Shown one piece after another: positions 62,996-64,000 of a DNA stretch of 64,000 nt. Each line of letters starts with the position of its first letter. Positions within the stretch are counted from its first letter, which is position 1. The notes beneath the pieces were generated by a model. The model made no database searches. It was not told where the DNA came from and was given only the letters and a program-made list of their open reading frames with translations. The stretch comes from Planctomycetota bacterium. GTDB lineage: Bacteria > Planctomycetota > SZUA-567 > H5-PLA8. The DNA lies in assembly GCA_038227875.1 (NCBI GenBank), contig JBBRPR010000042.1, forward strand, positions 1-64,000, in the 5' to 3' direction. Both the position numbers and the translations under genes were made by a program.

Positions 62996-64000
62996 ATTTG
63001 ATCCGGTCTAGAATTGTCGCGGCTGCACCATCGGCGATCAGTTCGCGCGCACGCTCAAAACCCGCTTTCAGATCTGTTGAAATGCCCGCACGCCAGAGCA
63101 GTACGCCGGCATTCAGCGCGATCGCTTCCGCGGCCGCGCGAGAGGTGTCGTCGTTGCGCGCGGTCAGCGCGGCGCGGGTGAGCTCCGCCGATTTCACCGG
63201 ATCGGCGCCAATCGCGCGGACATCGAGCGCATGGGTCAGGCCCAGCAGCTTCGGATCGACGGCGATCTCCAGTGCCGCGGACTCGCCACCGGCCGGCAGC
63301 ACTTCGGCGATGCGCGCGGGGTGTTGCGGCGAGAGATCGCAGCTTCCTTCCAAGCCTTGCACGATCAAGCCACGCACGTTCAGGCGTTGCAGCGCGCCAG
63401 CGATCTTGGCGAGGTACGGCCCGTGCGCGATGCCCGCGACCACATTTCCGCACCGCGCCGGATCGAGCAGCTTTTCGACCGTCGAGAACGGAAGCCGCAG
63501 TCCGATTTTTTCACGCAGATCCAACTGCGCCGACCACGGCGGCAAAAACGCGCGCGTGTCGGCATGCACGAAGCCATTCCGGGCCACGAAATCCGCTGCG
63601 GCACTCGGTTCAAGATAGGCGGGAATCTTTAGCGCGGCAAAGACCTCGGCAATCGTGGGCGCATGTTTGGCCGGCACCTTCGGTGCGCCATGAAGCACCA
63701 CGGTCGCTCCGCCTGCAGCCGCCACCAGCGCTGCACCGGCTCCCATGATGAATGTATCCTCGCGCCCGTCGTACGGATGACCGACGCTCACGGCCGTGGC
63801 GCGCTGCTCCGTATCCAGCACGATAAACTTGCAGAGCTGCTGCAGCGCGGCGGTGAAGCCGGCGACTTCAATCGGGTCCTCGCCTTTCATGCGGCAGGCC
63901 AGCAGGAACGCTGCAGCCTGCTGCGCATCAGCGCGCCCATCGAGGATCATGCCCATCGCCAGATTGGCGTCGTCAAAATTGAGCGGCTTGGCGCGCTTCT
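62994..64000 (-). CDS. Anthranilate phosphoribosyltransferase-like (TrpD/YbiB, glycosyltransferase family 3); start lies beyond the window
   Basis: Frame stays open to the window end (KRAKPLNFDDANLAMG...); AFLLACRMKGE, LREKIGLR, GLEGS, IALNAG. HPYDG replaces the TrpD GTGGD motif, so it is more YbiB-like. Confidence 0.82.
   Translation of the reverse strand, partial: KRAKPLNFDDANLAMGMILDGRADAQQAAAFLLACRMKGEDPIEVAGFTAALQQLCKFIVLDTEQRATAVSVGHPYDGREDTFIMGAGAALVAAAGGATVVLHGAPKVPAKHAPTIAEVFAALKIPAYLEPSAAADFVARNGFVHADTRAFLPPWSAQLDLREKIGLRLPFSTVEKLLDPARCGNVVAGIAHGPYLAKIAGALQRLNVRGLIVQGLEGSCDLSPQHPARIAEVLPAGGESAALEIAVDPKLLGLTHALDVRAIGADPVKSAELTRAALTARNDDTSRAAAEAIALNAGVLLWRAGISTDLKAGFERARELIADGAAATILDRIK

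Noticed and set aside
62994..64000. trpD assignment
   Set aside because: The PRPP-binding GTGGD motif is replaced by HPYDG and no trp genes are adjacent in the window.

Overview
GC-rich bacterial window, most likely from a Planctomycetota/PVC-type diderm (inferred from a membrane-anchored ECF sigma factor, large Ig/PKD/NHL surface proteins, HEAT-repeat exported proteins and the LPS heptose genes hldE/hldD). It holds about 48 protein-coding genes, two of them cut by the window ends. I found no rRNA, tRNA, CRISPR array, integrase or transposase. Main points of interest: (1) a minimal four-gene type VII-like locus with two W-x-D WXG100-like proteins, a helical protein and an EccC/EssC-like FtsK ATPase, in an organism with LPS genes; (2) a PARG-like macrodomain gene behind a perfect TTGACA-N17-TATAAT promoter that contains an NrtR-type GT-N7-AC palindrome and predicts a leaderless mRNA; (3) three families of gene-less miniature elements with tandem 7-9 bp inverted ends, each placed just after a stop codon, plus a REPIN-like doublet and several loop-less palindromes; (4) a basic C-terminal domain apparently shared by two unrelated exported proteins, a candidate sorting signal; (5) tandem trypsin-fold proteins lacking catalytic residues, a decaheme cytochrome with a His-bearing membrane partner, a paralogous pair of novel exported helical proteins, and tandem membrane proteins with conserved ends and divergent cores. 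The rest is sugar-acid catabolism, a MacB-like ABC export operon, a TolQ/TolR-like pair, PPi-type phosphofructokinase and other metabolic genes. All calls come from reading motifs by eye; no database search was run.
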